From sequence record OZ196212.1: a stretch of DNA of 64,000 nucleotides; one strand, given 5' to 3'. Positions 19,710 to 29,127 of the stretch are shown piece after piece (the stretch's first letter is position 1; every line of letters starts with the position of its first letter). The position numbers and the translations under genes are program-made. The notes beneath the pieces were generated by a model. It was given only the letters and a program-made list of their open reading frames with translations, made no database searches and was not told the DNA's origin.

Positions 19710-21233
19710 ATGAGCGACATTAAAATTGAGTATTTCGACGAAAGTTATGTGCGAATCGTTGCCGAGCCGAGCATAATGCATGAAATGATAGATTACTTTT
19801 CATTTCTAACCGACGGATACAAATTCAACCCTAAATTCAAAATGGGTATTTGGGATGGTAAAATTCGACTAATGACTTATCAAGGTCATTTGCCATACGG
19901 CTTAGTCGGACAAGCGCGTGCATTCGCATCTAACATGATGTACAGCATCGAATCAGATGAACGCCTTGAGCCAAAACAGAAGATTACACGTGAAGACTTC
20001 GACGCGTGGATTGCTTCACTAGACATTTACGCAGGTGACACGAAAATTGAACCATACTGGTATCAGTTAGACTCAGTTTTTCATGGCATCAACAATCAGC
20101 ACGCATTGCTTAATCTTCCAACATCAGCGGGTAAATCATTGATTCAGTCTTTGATCACTCGATGGTTCTTAGAGAACATGGAAGAAGATCAGAAAGTTCT
20201 AGTTATCGTTCCGACGACTGCACTAGTTCAGCAAATGCGCGATGACTTCTTAGACTATCGATTGTTCTCTCACGAAGACATCTATCAGATTCGTGGTGGC
20301 GTTGATAGAGACGCGATTGGTAACGCAAGCATTGTTGTTTCAACGTGGCAATCGGCAGTTAAACAGCCCAAAGAATGGTTCGATCAATTCGGAATGCTGC
20401 TAGTCGATGAGTGTCACTTAGCAACTGGTAAATCGCTTGACGGCATAATCAAGAAGATGACTTACTGTACGTTCAAGCTAGGTCTTACTGGCTCGTTACG
20501 TGACGGTAAAGCAAACGTATTGCAATACGTTGGTTCATTCGGTGACATTTTCAGACCAGTTTCTACAGCACAGCTAATGGAAGAGGGTCAAGTAACAGAC
20601 TTGAAAATCAACTGTCTAATGCTTGAGTACCCACAGCCGCTGCGCGATGAAATGAAAGGTTGTTCGTATCAAGAAGAAATGAAATTCATTCTTGAGAACA
20701 AACACCGAAATCGATACTTGATTAAGCTTGCTTATAATCTGAGTGCGAAGAAAGGCGAAAACACGCTGCTATTGTTCAAGAACATCAAGCATGGTAAGTT
20801 GCTGTACGAAGCGTTGAAAACTATCTACGACCCAGAGAAAGTGTTTTACGTATCTGGTGAGACGAAGACAGATGACCGTACACACGTCAAGAAGATTGCT
20901 GAAGACATCGATGGTGCTATCATCGTCGCGTCGTATGGCGTATTCTCGACTGGTATCTCAATCAAGAAACTGCACAACGTTATCTTTGCACATCCAACGA
21001 AGTCGAAGATCATCAACTTGCAGTCAATCGGTCGTATTCTGCGTAAGCACGGTTCAAAAGTGACTGCGAAGCTGTTCGATATCATCGACAACTTAGCTAT
21101 CAAGCCGAAGCGCAAGAACGCGAAGAAGCCGTATACTCACGTCAACTATACCATGAAGCATGGGATGGCGAGAATCGAGCTGTACAATCAAGAAGAGTTC
21201 AGATACGCAGTGCGTAAAGTTGACTTAGAATAG
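19710..21233 (+). CDS. uvsW: UvsW SF2 DNA helicase
   Basis: WDGKIRL, PTSAGKS, VPTTALVQQM, VDECH, GLTGS, STGISIKKLHN, QSIGRILR; real start ATG 19710 (SD GAGAG). Confidence 0.96.
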   Translation: MSDIKIEYFDESYVRIVAEPSIMHEMIDYFSFLTDGYKFNPKFKMGIWDGKIRLMTYQGHLPYGLVGQARAFASNMMYSIESDERLEPKQKITREDFDAWIASLDIYAGDTKIEPYWYQLDSVFHGINNQHALLNLPTSAGKSLIQSLITRWFLENMEEDQKVLVIVPTTALVQQMRDDFLDYRLFSHEDIYQIRGGVDRDAIGNASIVVSTWQSAVKQPKEWFDQFGMLLVDECHLATGKSLDGIIKKMTYCTFKLGLTGSLRDGKANVLQYVGSFGDIFRPVSTAQLMEEGQVTDLKINCLMLEYPQPLRDEMKGCSYQEEMKFILENKHRNRYLIKLAYNLSAKKGENTLLLFKNIKHGKLLYEALKTIYDPEKVFYVSGETKTDDRTHVKKIAEDIDGAIIVASYGVFSTGISIKKLHNVIFAHPTKSKIINLQSIGRILRKHGSKVTAKLFDIIDNLAIKPKRKNAKKPYTHVNYTMKHGMARIELYNQEEFRYAVRKVDLE

Positions 21234-21239
21234 ACCTCA

Positions 21240-21268
21240 AAAAAGGGAGCATTTAGCTCCCTTTTTTA
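21240..21268. terminator. Bidirectional terminator
   Basis: AAAAAGGGAGC-ATTTA-GCTCCCTTTTTT. Confidence 0.85.
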
Positions 21269-21376
21269 TTAGTCGAATAAACCACCGAGAATCGCGAATA
21301 AAACTTCGAAAAATATCTCAAATGGGTACCACAGCCATCCGAAGAAGCCGCGGTCTTTCTTATTGCGATTGCTCAT
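21269..21376 (-). CDS. Small membrane peptide (35 aa), missing from the ORF track
   Basis: Hand translation MSNRNKKDRGFFGWLWYPFEIFFEVLFAILGGLFD*; fills the gap between uvsY.-2 and the terminator. Confidence 0.6.
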   Translation of the reverse strand: MSNRNKKDRGFFGWLWYPFEIFFEVLFAILGGLFD

Positions 21377-21381
21377 ATCAT

Positions 21382-21552
21382 TTACCCGTTAAGTAATTGC
21401 GTTTCTTGCAATTGCTGTTCACCGTTAGACTCAGTAACCGCCATTTCAGATAAATGCGTTTGACATTGACCTGTATGAACTACACCCTGAGGTGTATTGA
21501 TTGTTACGTCACCATCATTAATCGGTTGTTTGCACACTACACACTGTGTCAT
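21382..21552 (-). CDS. uvsY.-2: UvsY.-2-like protein (56 aa), missing from the ORF track
   Basis: Hand translation MTQCVVCKQPINDGDVTINTPQGVVHTGQCQTHLSEMAVTESNGEQQLQETQLLNG*, matching T4 UvsY.-2 (CVVCK.PI...VH.G.C...ETQLL). Confidence 0.82.
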   Translation of the reverse strand: MTQCVVCKQPINDGDVTINTPQGVVHTGQCQTHLSEMAVTESNGEQQLQETQLLNG

Positions 21553-21718
21553 TGACAAGTTCCTGTTTAATCATTGGTTGAAAGAAGTGAGACGGGTTGC
21601 TATACGCACTACCCGCTAATTCCCACTGGTCGTTAAGCAATGCAGACACTTTTTCATCGAGTGATTCGAGATTGTGATGCATTACTGTTTTGTATTTGTA
21701 TTTAATGTCGAGATTCAT
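21518..21718 (-). CDS. Hypothetical protein (66 aa, DUF1737-like)
   Basis: L.EKVSALLNDQWELAGS...FFQPMIK pattern; coupled to the upstream gene. Confidence 0.6.
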   Translation of the reverse strand: MNLDIKYKYKTVMHHNLESLDEKVSALLNDQWELAGSAYSNPSHFFQPMIKQELVNDTVCSVQTTD

Positions 21719-22132
21719 CTACATACCTATTGCGTTTTTAAACATAGCAGAAGCACGACCCATATCAACCACTTTACCAGTAGCTTGCAGAGCTGTACGA
21801 AGTTGACCCATGAAGCGCATGTGATTTGCACCGTTATCGATAACAAATTCAGTCACGAAAGCTTCTAGTTCGTGTTCGCCCATGCGTTCAGGTAGCAGCA
21901 ACTCAAGTGTTTTGTTTTCAATCACAAGAATGTCAGCATGGTCGCCTTTGGCGTGCTCAAGTGCCAGTTTGTTGTTATCAAGCGCAGCCGAAATCACCTT
22001 GATACATGCTTCGTCAGAATGATCTTGTTTACGGTCAAGTTCTGCGATAATCACAGCCAGGACAGATGCTACTGGTGCGATGCGTTTCTTACGTGCTTTA
22101 AGGCGACGTTCTTTAATTTTGTCAATAATCAT
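21719..22132 (-). CDS. GatB/YqeY-like protein
   Basis: I.ERRLKARK, VLAVIIAELDRK, E.KTLE.LLPERM, MGQL...VDMGRASAMFK pattern of YqeY. Confidence 0.72.
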   Translation of the reverse strand: MIIDKIKERRLKARKKRIAPVASVLAVIIAELDRKQDHSDEACIKVISAALDNNKLALEHAKGDHADILVIENKTLELLLPERMGEHELEAFVTEFVIDNGANHMRFMGQLRTALQATGKVVDMGRASAMFKNAIGM

Positions 22133-22542
22133 ACTATTCCACTCTCAATTTTTCTATTATCAATTACATGTTTAATCGTGAAGCCCATTTGACTAATGCC
22201 TTTCAGTGCTTCTTCGATATACGATAACACATCTTTCATGTGTTGAAAAGTAGCAGTTGCAAGTTGTAGTAACTCATCACCCGCCAATGCGTATTTCATT
22301 TCACTTTTCTCAACGATAAAGTCACAAACTTCATCATCATGTTTGCCGCTGTAATATAACCAACGGTCTTTGCGACACTTTTCCATTTTAAGTTCTGCTT
22401 TAAGCAGCATTTGACGTGCGTCTGCGCGATACCCTAACCATTTAGAGTGCAGTACGGGAATTCGTATTGCTGCTGATTCAAGCATGGTCGTGTCGATTTT
22501 CACGTCTTCGTGATACTCGGCTTTCAATTGTTTTAAGTTCAT
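22129..22542 (-). CDS. uvsY: Recombination mediator UvsY
   Basis: LKQLKAEYHEDVKIDTTMLE, LHSKWL, YYSGK, GFTIKHVIDNRKIESG as in T4 UvsY. Confidence 0.93.
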   Translation of the reverse strand: MNLKQLKAEYHEDVKIDTTMLESAAIRIPVLHSKWLGYRADARQMLLKAELKMEKCRKDRWLYYSGKHDDEVCDFIVEKSEMKYALAGDELLQLATATFQHMKDVLSYIEEALKGISQMGFTIKHVIDNRKIESGIV

Positions 22543-22560
22543 ATGTCCCTCGCTTCGATC

Positions 22561-22591
22561 ATTATATATACACGCCGGGTTTTGTTAAACA
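22561..22591 (-). promoter_or_regulatory. TGTTTAAC-N17-TATAAT promoter (uvsY)
   Basis: Box at 22584-22591, -10 at 22561-22566; same box before dsbA, 61 and the ligase cluster. Confidence 0.72.
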
Positions 22592-22645
22592 CTAATCGTT
22601 CTAATATCTCTAATACCACTAAATCTACTAATTCTACTAAGATGA
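22592..22645. repeat. Six degenerate 9-bp units each starting CTAA
   Basis: CTAA at 22592, 22601, 22610, 22619, 22628, 22637 in a non-coding gap. Confidence 0.75.
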
Positions 22646-22672
22646 GACGGTTTTTTTCCGCTTCGCGCATAC

Positions 22673-22694
22673 AAAAAAAGCCCCGAAGGGCTTT
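22673..22694 (-). terminator. Terminator after gp35
   Basis: Minus strand AAAGCCC-TTCG-GGGCTTTTTTT. Confidence 0.85.
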
Positions 22695-22696
22695 AA

Positions 22697-25369
22697 TCAT
22701 TTAAGTGCTACGTCAACTGCTCGTACATTGTTTTCAAAGAAGCTTGCCACTTTGACTTCAGATGCGATTGGCATACACCATTGCGTTGTACTAGGACTCA
22801 CTGACCCTTCATCGCGACAACGAAGCATCAATATTGACGAGTCATTTTTCCACTGGAAGAACTTTCTCATCGACGAGTTGTAAACACCGACGCCTTTAGA
22901 AACCAATTTATCTGGTACATCTTCTGGGTTGACAACGCCAAAGTAGTTTCTGAATTTATCAGCAAATTCTTCGACTTGTTGTTGTGTCCAATTATGCGGT
23001 AGTATGAATGAATCATACAAAACCCAATCATCGTTGATATCATCCCACTCGCCGTTATCTAACGCGATGTAAGTTGATGTCTCAGTTCCTGTGTAGTCAA
23101 TAAGCGTATCTTGTATCCCGCTTGTGTTTCTCACACGTGCGCTGAAGTAGATATGACCGGCATCTTTACCAGATGCTTGAGCCCACATTGACACGTAATA
23201 CGGTCTAGTCGGATCGATTGTAACGTAATCAAACTCAATTAAGTCTTGAGTTCCGCTTGACACTGTGATCATCTTCGATCTGTCAGATAACGTATGACCG
23301 CCCCATTGAACATCGCCTGCTTCTTTGATTGGCATTTCATATTCGTCATACAGATTTGAGTCTGAACGATAAGCTGAAATCCAACTATCCTGATCCATCG
23401 GATCACCTGCAATAGGCGAATGTGCGAATCGAGAAGCAGCTAGACCATTCAGTGACGATTGAACTGGTGCATCAAAATTAGGTGTTTCGAATCCCGACTT
23501 ATACACTTGAATGTAATCAACGTGGTCGTCAGATTCGATATCAGTCCATATTCCGATTGTGTGCGCGCCTGCTGGAACTTGAACATAAAATTCATGCGTT
23601 TCATACATACCACCACCGAGTAATGGGCCGTTTTGTCGTCCGACTTCAGTATTCGTTGAGTTGTAAAATCGCAGATTGAACGTTGCTGCCGCGTCGTCAT
23701 TGTCTTGTTTAGCACGGAATTTGTATATCAGATATTGCCCCTCAACAACGCCATGATCGCCTAACACAAATCGAGTGTCCGTAATCTTGTTCGTTGTCTC
23801 GATGATAGGGCTACCGAATCCATTCACACCAATTGTCAATCGCGATTCAAAGTTCACATCGATTTCAGCATCGCCATCACTCGGGTGGTCGAAAATGCAT
23901 CGGTCTGAAATGAAACCAAGTTGAGCACTACCAAAACCCGTGTAGCTGTAGCTATACTTGTCAAAGTAACTCGCACCGCGCCATTCTACCGGATTAAAGC
24001 GACTCAGAGCAGCGTCAACGTCTGCATTTGAATAACATGACCCATTAGACACTAAAGCGAAATACTCGTCTGTGAGCGCGTTCATAGCGTTTATGAAGTT
24101 GCCGCGTTCAGCCGTGTTGTTCAAGCGATACGAGTTGTTGATTGCAGGTTCGCCTTCTGCGGTAAACGTAAACAAGTGCATTTTGCCTGTTTCTTTCGCT
24201 TCTGGCGCGAGTAAGTGCGATTCATTGATCACGCCTTCTGCAATTTCAGAACTGCCGTCAGCGACACCACGAGCATATAAACGAACTGTGTTCGATGCAC
24301 CCTCATTTAAGTGACGCGTTTCAAGACAGTTTTCAGCGATGCGAATGCCGACTGGTGCGTATACCCACAGCTCAGTGATGTTAACGTCAACACCGGGACC
24401 GGGTTGTCCACTGCCGTTTGCTCGTTGAGCGCCAATAACAAACCACCAACTGGTTGAACCGACTGATCCATCACCGATTGATTGTGTGCCTGTGTTGTAT
24501 TCAAGACCGCCCCATGTGCTGTATGTTGAATCTTCTCGAATTGCTTCGTAATCACGCACGCCACCAGACGTAGCATCATAATCACCTGGGTAGTTCTTGA
24601 TGATCGGTCTGTCAGTGATAATCGGGTTTGCGATGTATTGCTTGCCCGTCGGAGTTGGCGATGCACTTCCGTACGTCATGTACCAAAACATGTTTGCTGT
24701 GTTCAGCGTACTAGGCGTAGTGAAACGATAGTATCGACGAACCCATCGCTTACCATCGACTACAATATCGTTGCCTGACGATTCGAAAATTTCCCCTGCT
24801 GCTGCTGGTGATGCTATGGGAGTTCCTGACCCGTCATACCAACGAGCATGAAAAAGAGGGCAGTCGAGATCGTGATCGCTTTCATTCTCATACGCAACCC
24901 AACAAGACATTGTATACGTCGTATTCGTTCGCAAACGAGTTTGAGGCGTGTCAAATCTATATTGATCTGTAGCGCCTGTAGTGCTACGTTGTAGAATATA
25001 ATTCGAAGAACCGGGATTCGCCATTTCGACGATATCCCATGTTCCGACTATGTTGCCAACGTTCTCTGGTCGAGAGCCGTTAGCAAAGTTAGTGCCGCGC
25101 AGAAATTGACCAACGTCATGCGCAGCAAAGTTATTAGATTGACGCCAGATGTTCGTGACGTTTCTCTCAGGGTAGTGTAATTTGAACTGAAAACGTCCAT
25201 CTTCACGACGAAAGTCATCAAGCCCATTTAGCGCACTGAATTTAGCTTCAATGTCGGGATCAGTCCCGACACTACGCGATTCAGCGTCTGAAGTAAACCA
25301 GACGCCTCCAGTTGAATCATGGCGAAAAATCAGAAGATAATCGCCATCACGTTTAAGTCTTTCGTACAT
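22697..25369 (-). CDS. gp35: Long tail fibre hinge connector, extended multidomain form (890 aa)
   Basis: Directly downstream of gp34; beta-rich domains incl. a fibrinogen-like-type N-terminal module; call rests mainly on synteny. Confidence 0.72.
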   Translation of the reverse strand: MYERLKRDGDYLLIFRHDSTGGVWFTSDAESRSVGTDPDIEAKFSALNGLDDFRREDGRFQFKLHYPERNVTNIWRQSNNFAAHDVGQFLRGTNFANGSRPENVGNIVGTWDIVEMANPGSSNYILQRSTTGATDQYRFDTPQTRLRTNTTYTMSCWVAYENESDHDLDCPLFHARWYDGSGTPIASPAAAGEIFESSGNDIVVDGKRWVRRYYRFTTPSTLNTANMFWYMTYGSASPTPTGKQYIANPIITDRPIIKNYPGDYDATSGGVRDYEAIREDSTYSTWGGLEYNTGTQSIGDGSVGSTSWWFVIGAQRANGSGQPGPGVDVNITELWVYAPVGIRIAENCLETRHLNEGASNTVRLYARGVADGSSEIAEGVINESHLLAPEAKETGKMHLFTFTAEGEPAINNSYRLNNTAERGNFINAMNALTDEYFALVSNGSCYSNADVDAALSRFNPVEWRGASYFDKYSYSYTGFGSAQLGFISDRCIFDHPSDGDAEIDVNFESRLTIGVNGFGSPIIETTNKITDTRFVLGDHGVVEGQYLIYKFRAKQDNDDAAATFNLRFYNSTNTEVGRQNGPLLGGGMYETHEFYVQVPAGAHTIGIWTDIESDDHVDYIQVYKSGFETPNFDAPVQSSLNGLAASRFAHSPIAGDPMDQDSWISAYRSDSNLYDEYEMPIKEAGDVQWGGHTLSDRSKMITVSSGTQDLIEFDYVTIDPTRPYYVSMWAQASGKDAGHIYFSARVRNTSGIQDTLIDYTGTETSTYIALDNGEWDDINDDWVLYDSFILPHNWTQQQVEEFADKFRNYFGVVNPEDVPDKLVSKGVGVYNSSMRKFFQWKNDSSILMLRCRDEGSVSPSTTQWCMPIASEVKVASFFENNVRAVDVALK

Positions 25370-25377
25370 AAGTCACC

Positions 25378-28300
25378 TTAAATTGCGTGACCGAAAGTAA
25401 ATTCCATCACGCCTTGATTAGTCGTTGACATTCTTACAGAGCCAACTTGAATGTAGTCTCTGTATTTAACACTCTCACCAGTACCGCCATCAGGCGTGAA
25501 CAAGTCGATGCGTTCAGATAGAGTTTTACCTGCACCCGCTGACAACGCAGTATGTTCCGCTGAAGTTGAGCTTGGGTCCGCAGTACGAACGTCGCTTGTT
25601 ACTTGAACGATACCTTTGTTTGTGCGACTTGCTTTATTCAAGCGGTCGTTGCTCACAGTGCCAGATGTGATGTTCTCACCTGAGTGTGCGTGACTGTTGT
25701 TGTTCACTTGTACGCTTGCAGTAACATTGCTGCTACCGTCGAAGCTAACTGAACCCGTCAAATCACCGCTGAATGTAACAGTACGAGCAGTTTCCCACTT
25801 CGCAGCCGTCGCAGCCATGTTGTCAATACCCAAGTATTTCGTACGTAGTGTACCAGTACCCGGTGAACGACCATTTGCAGAACTTTCATTCTCATAAATT
25901 GATGAGCCGAAAGAACCCGCCCCGTCAACTTCAAGACCACCGTACACGTTAGTGTAGCCGTTTCGTGCTACTTTAAGCTGCCAGTTGTTTTCAACATCAG
26001 TAAAACCGATATCACCCGACTGATAGTAAATCTCACGTGTGCTGTTGTTGTCCGTTGTATCTTTGAACTCGATACGCGGGTTAGCACCCTGAATCTTGAT
26101 TTCATTGTCGGTGAACGTGTATGTCCCTGCAATGAAATCGTCAACATCAGAACGTGCATACTGCGTGCTGTTCAAGCCGTCTAGCAATTCTGAATCATCA
26201 GCTTTTGCGTTCAATGGCAAGTAGTTTTGCAATGCGTAGTGCAAGCCGTATGGGCTTACTGCATATTGATGACGATTATATGCTGTGTACGCTTGTGATG
26301 AACCGTTAGTGCTATCACCGACGAACGTTTCACTTGCAGTCGCGCTTCGAGTTGTACCGTAGCGTGATTCACTTGAGCGTGAGTTTGCCGCAGTGCGTGT
26401 CCAGTAAGTCAAGTCACTTGGTGTTAACACGATTTCATTTGACGCTGAACCGCTAGCCACTTCAGTTGAAGTTGCAAGGCGAACGATACCAGCCAAAGAT
26501 TCAGTCGCACGACGCGAGTTCAGTTTCTTCGGTGTTAGCATTACAGTATCAAGTGGGCTCGACTGGCTATCAGCTTCAGCTTGCGTTGCAACTTGCAGCG
26601 TACCGCGTTGTGTTTCAGTCGCAGATGCGATTGAGAACGTTACATCGTCCCAAATTGTACCCGTATGCGATAAGCCGTCTGTTCCTGCTGTAACGAAGTG
26701 ATCACGGTCAAGCCATGTCTTCAGTTTAAGAGGGACGATCATTCGTGTACTATCAGTACCAGTATCAACTTCAGTCTGAGTTGCGATTTCAGCAACACCG
26801 CGACGCGATTCTGTAGCAGTACGGTCGTTTAGTGTGCTTGGCGTAATGAATACGCGATCCCATGCTTCGCCTGAACCCGATGTCGCTCTAGCTTCAGCTA
26901 GTGTAGCAACGCGAGAAATACCACGAATTGTTGAACTTGCTGTCCACGCTGCGAATTTCTTAGGCGTGATGATAGCGTCATCAACTTGAGAATCGTTAAT
27001 ACGAAGCTCAGTGCTCTTAGCAACCCATAGTGTACCCGGTTGATTTTCAGTCGCACGATACTCATCAAGCATTTTCGCTGTTACGAAACGAAGATGATCA
27101 GTTTTATCGTAAACTGTGTTGTCAGTGCCATTTAGTGTACGGTCTGAACGCATGTTTGCAGTCGATTCGACTGTACCATCAGCATTGATGTTATCAGACG
27201 CTTTTACAAGTTTACCAACACCCGTTAGATCTTCTTCAGCTTGAGCAGCGTGAAATTTACGTGGCGTGATTACTTGCGTGTCGTTTGTAGTGCTGCGAGT
27301 TTCATTCTGCGTAGCAATCTCAACAACACCGCGACGATTTTCAAGAGCTGTACGCGCATTGAATGAGCGAGGCGTAATGAAAATATCATGACGGAACGCT
27401 GAATCAGCATAACGACTTGTTTCGTTGCCGTTCGTGATAACACGCGACATTTCAAGTGCTTCATCAGTTGTCAATAGAGCTACACGAGCGATACCGACTT
27501 GATCTTCTGCTGCACGACGTGCGTCTAGCGTTTCAACTGTGATCACGTGATCTTTCAGTGGGTTTTGATTCGCCCATGAACTACCAGTATCTTCAGCGTG
27601 CGCGTAGTCGATGCCATGTGCAAGTGCTTCAGTCGGTGATGCTAGTTTAGCAAGACCCGGACGCTTACGGTGATTCTCATCAACGATATCGATACGAGAC
27701 GAGATATCAGCAAAATCCCACACTTTGCGAGTTGCATCGTAGAACAATATGAATGAGTAACCGCGATCTTCGTCATTGATAGTAAAGCTATCGTTGAACG
27801 TATCTACAGTCGCTGCGAATTCACTGTACTTAACCATTCTGTATTCGTCAAGCGAACGAACGATTTTGTATTCGTTTGCACCATGACCGACATCATCATC
27901 ACCGAACTGAGGGTGAACTTGAACAGTTACTTCTTTACCCGGTGTTTTAACGTTTGACAACTCAATCCAGTCACCATCAACTGGCGATTGCGGAAGCGTT
28001 ATTGTCATCGCTGCAACTGCACTATTAATGTTGATGTCGTAACGACGATTCACGATCAATTGCTCAGTGCTTGATGCGCCTAGATGCTGCCACGGTTGAG
28101 CTTCGTGGGAGATCACGATTACCCATGTGTTGTTATCACCGCCAACGTACATCAGTTCAGCATGACCGATATTGTCTAGCGTGATTGTTTCAGCTCCTAC
28201 ACCGCTAATTGGGTGAATGATTTGCTGATCATCAAGCGTCGGGTGAATGCCGATTTGAATTCGAGTTTGTGTGATGTTCGTTGAAACGTCGCGCAGACGC

Positions 28301-29049
28301 ACTACATCGCCCGGTACTGCGTGCAGTGGCAATGAGATAGCGATTGTTTTATCAGCCGCTTGAATCGCGATTGTTTCTTCACACGTAGCAACATAACCAC
28401 CATTTGCAAGGTGACCTGATTGCTGTGTCGGGTGAGCTGCGTCAATGTAAGTGTAGTACGGGTCGTGGTCGATTTGATACGTCCATGCGATACCGTTATA
28501 CACGAAATAAACTGTGCTAGACGGGCGATTCATCAACATTGTTTCGTCAGATGTTAGCGCGCCACCGATGCCGTATGATTGAATTGTCAATCCGCCAGCC
28601 GCGGCTACTGTAGTTGGGTACGCTGAAAGTACGCCTTTGCCGTCTTTGATTGTTACTGTATCGCCTGTTAGAGGCGTTTCAGGTAGTGTGATTGTAATCG
28701 ACGAACTTGCCGTCAAGAACAAGAAGTCACCTACGTTAGCACCGATAGACGAATCTACTTCTTCCCACTCTGGGTCATTACGCATTTTTTTCCATTTAAG
28801 TGCATTAAACGGTTCTGCGGTAGTGATCGGGATAATGTTTTTGTATAGACGTTGATTAAACTCAACGATGAAATCTTCGTTATAGCGTTCACGTGTTGGG
28901 TCATATTCTTGAACTGTGTTTTCGTCGATGAAATAACCTAAGTTAAGACCATCTAAGATTTCACCGATACGCGGGTGTGCTACGTTTACAACGTTGCTAC
29001 CACTCGCATCAAGACCTGACGCACGAAATGCTTTGCGGAATTCTGACAT
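25378..29049 (-). CDS. gp34: Long tail fibre proximal subunit (1223 aa)
   Basis: MSEFRKAFRASGLDASG..ENTVQEYDPTR N-terminus as T4 gp34; repeated AT....GI..+AT..E units; YALQNYLPLNAKADDSELLDGLNSTQYARSD; start ATG 29049 (SD GGAG). Confidence 0.93.
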   Translation of the reverse strand: MSEFRKAFRASGLDASGSNVVNVAHPRIGEILDGLNLGYFIDENTVQEYDPTRERYNEDFIVEFNQRLYKNIIPITTAEPFNALKWKKMRNDPEWEEVDSSIGANVGDFLFLTASSSITITLPETPLTGDTVTIKDGKGVLSAYPTTVAAAGGLTIQSYGIGGALTSDETMLMNRPSSTVYFVYNGIAWTYQIDHDPYYTYIDAAHPTQQSGHLANGGYVATCEETIAIQAADKTIAISLPLHAVPGDVVRLRDVSTNITQTRIQIGIHPTLDDQQIIHPISGVGAETITLDNIGHAELMYVGGDNNTWVIVISHEAQPWQHLGASSTEQLIVNRRYDININSAVAAMTITLPQSPVDGDWIELSNVKTPGKEVTVQVHPQFGDDDVGHGANEYKIVRSLDEYRMVKYSEFAATVDTFNDSFTINDEDRGYSFILFYDATRKVWDFADISSRIDIVDENHRKRPGLAKLASPTEALAHGIDYAHAEDTGSSWANQNPLKDHVITVETLDARRAAEDQVGIARVALLTTDEALEMSRVITNGNETSRYADSAFRHDIFITPRSFNARTALENRRGVVEIATQNETRSTTNDTQVITPRKFHAAQAEEDLTGVGKLVKASDNINADGTVESTANMRSDRTLNGTDNTVYDKTDHLRFVTAKMLDEYRATENQPGTLWVAKSTELRINDSQVDDAIITPKKFAAWTASSTIRGISRVATLAEARATSGSGEAWDRVFITPSTLNDRTATESRRGVAEIATQTEVDTGTDSTRMIVPLKLKTWLDRDHFVTAGTDGLSHTGTIWDDVTFSIASATETQRGTLQVATQAEADSQSSPLDTVMLTPKKLNSRRATESLAGIVRLATSTEVASGSASNEIVLTPSDLTYWTRTAANSRSSESRYGTTRSATASETFVGDSTNGSSQAYTAYNRHQYAVSPYGLHYALQNYLPLNAKADDSELLDGLNSTQYARSDVDDFIAGTYTFTDNEIKIQGANPRIEFKDTTDNNSTREIYYQSGDIGFTDVENNWQLKVARNGYTNVYGGLEVDGAGSFGSSIYENESSANGRSPGTGTLRTKYLGIDNMAATAAKWETARTVTFSGDLTGSVSFDGSSNVTASVQVNNNSHAHSGENITSGTVSNDRLNKASRTNKGIVQVTSDVRTADPSSTSAEHTALSAGAGKTLSERIDLFTPDGGTGESVKYRDYIQVGSVRMSTTNQGVMEFTFGHAI

Positions 29050-29089
29050 TTCATTGCTCCTTTGTTTAGATATGCAATTCTTTATAGTA

Positions 29090-29097
29090 TATTTAGA
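29090..29097 (-). promoter_or_regulatory. Late-promoter variant TCTAAATA (gp34)
   Basis: 40 nt upstream of the gp34 ATG. Confidence 0.7.
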
Positions 29098-29127
29098 CTC
29101 ACGATATACACATAGGAATAGACACAC

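Noticed and set aside
22592-22645. CRISPR array or coding (L-x-x)n repeat at the 9-bp array
   Set aside because: Units are 9 bp with no unique spacers, there are no cas genes, and I found no start codon or SD for the frame.
26300-27700. Repeated units in gp34 as DNA repeats or a diversity-generating element
   Set aside because: They are the normal degenerate gp34 protein repeats; no identical DNA template/variable pair or reverse transcriptase is present.
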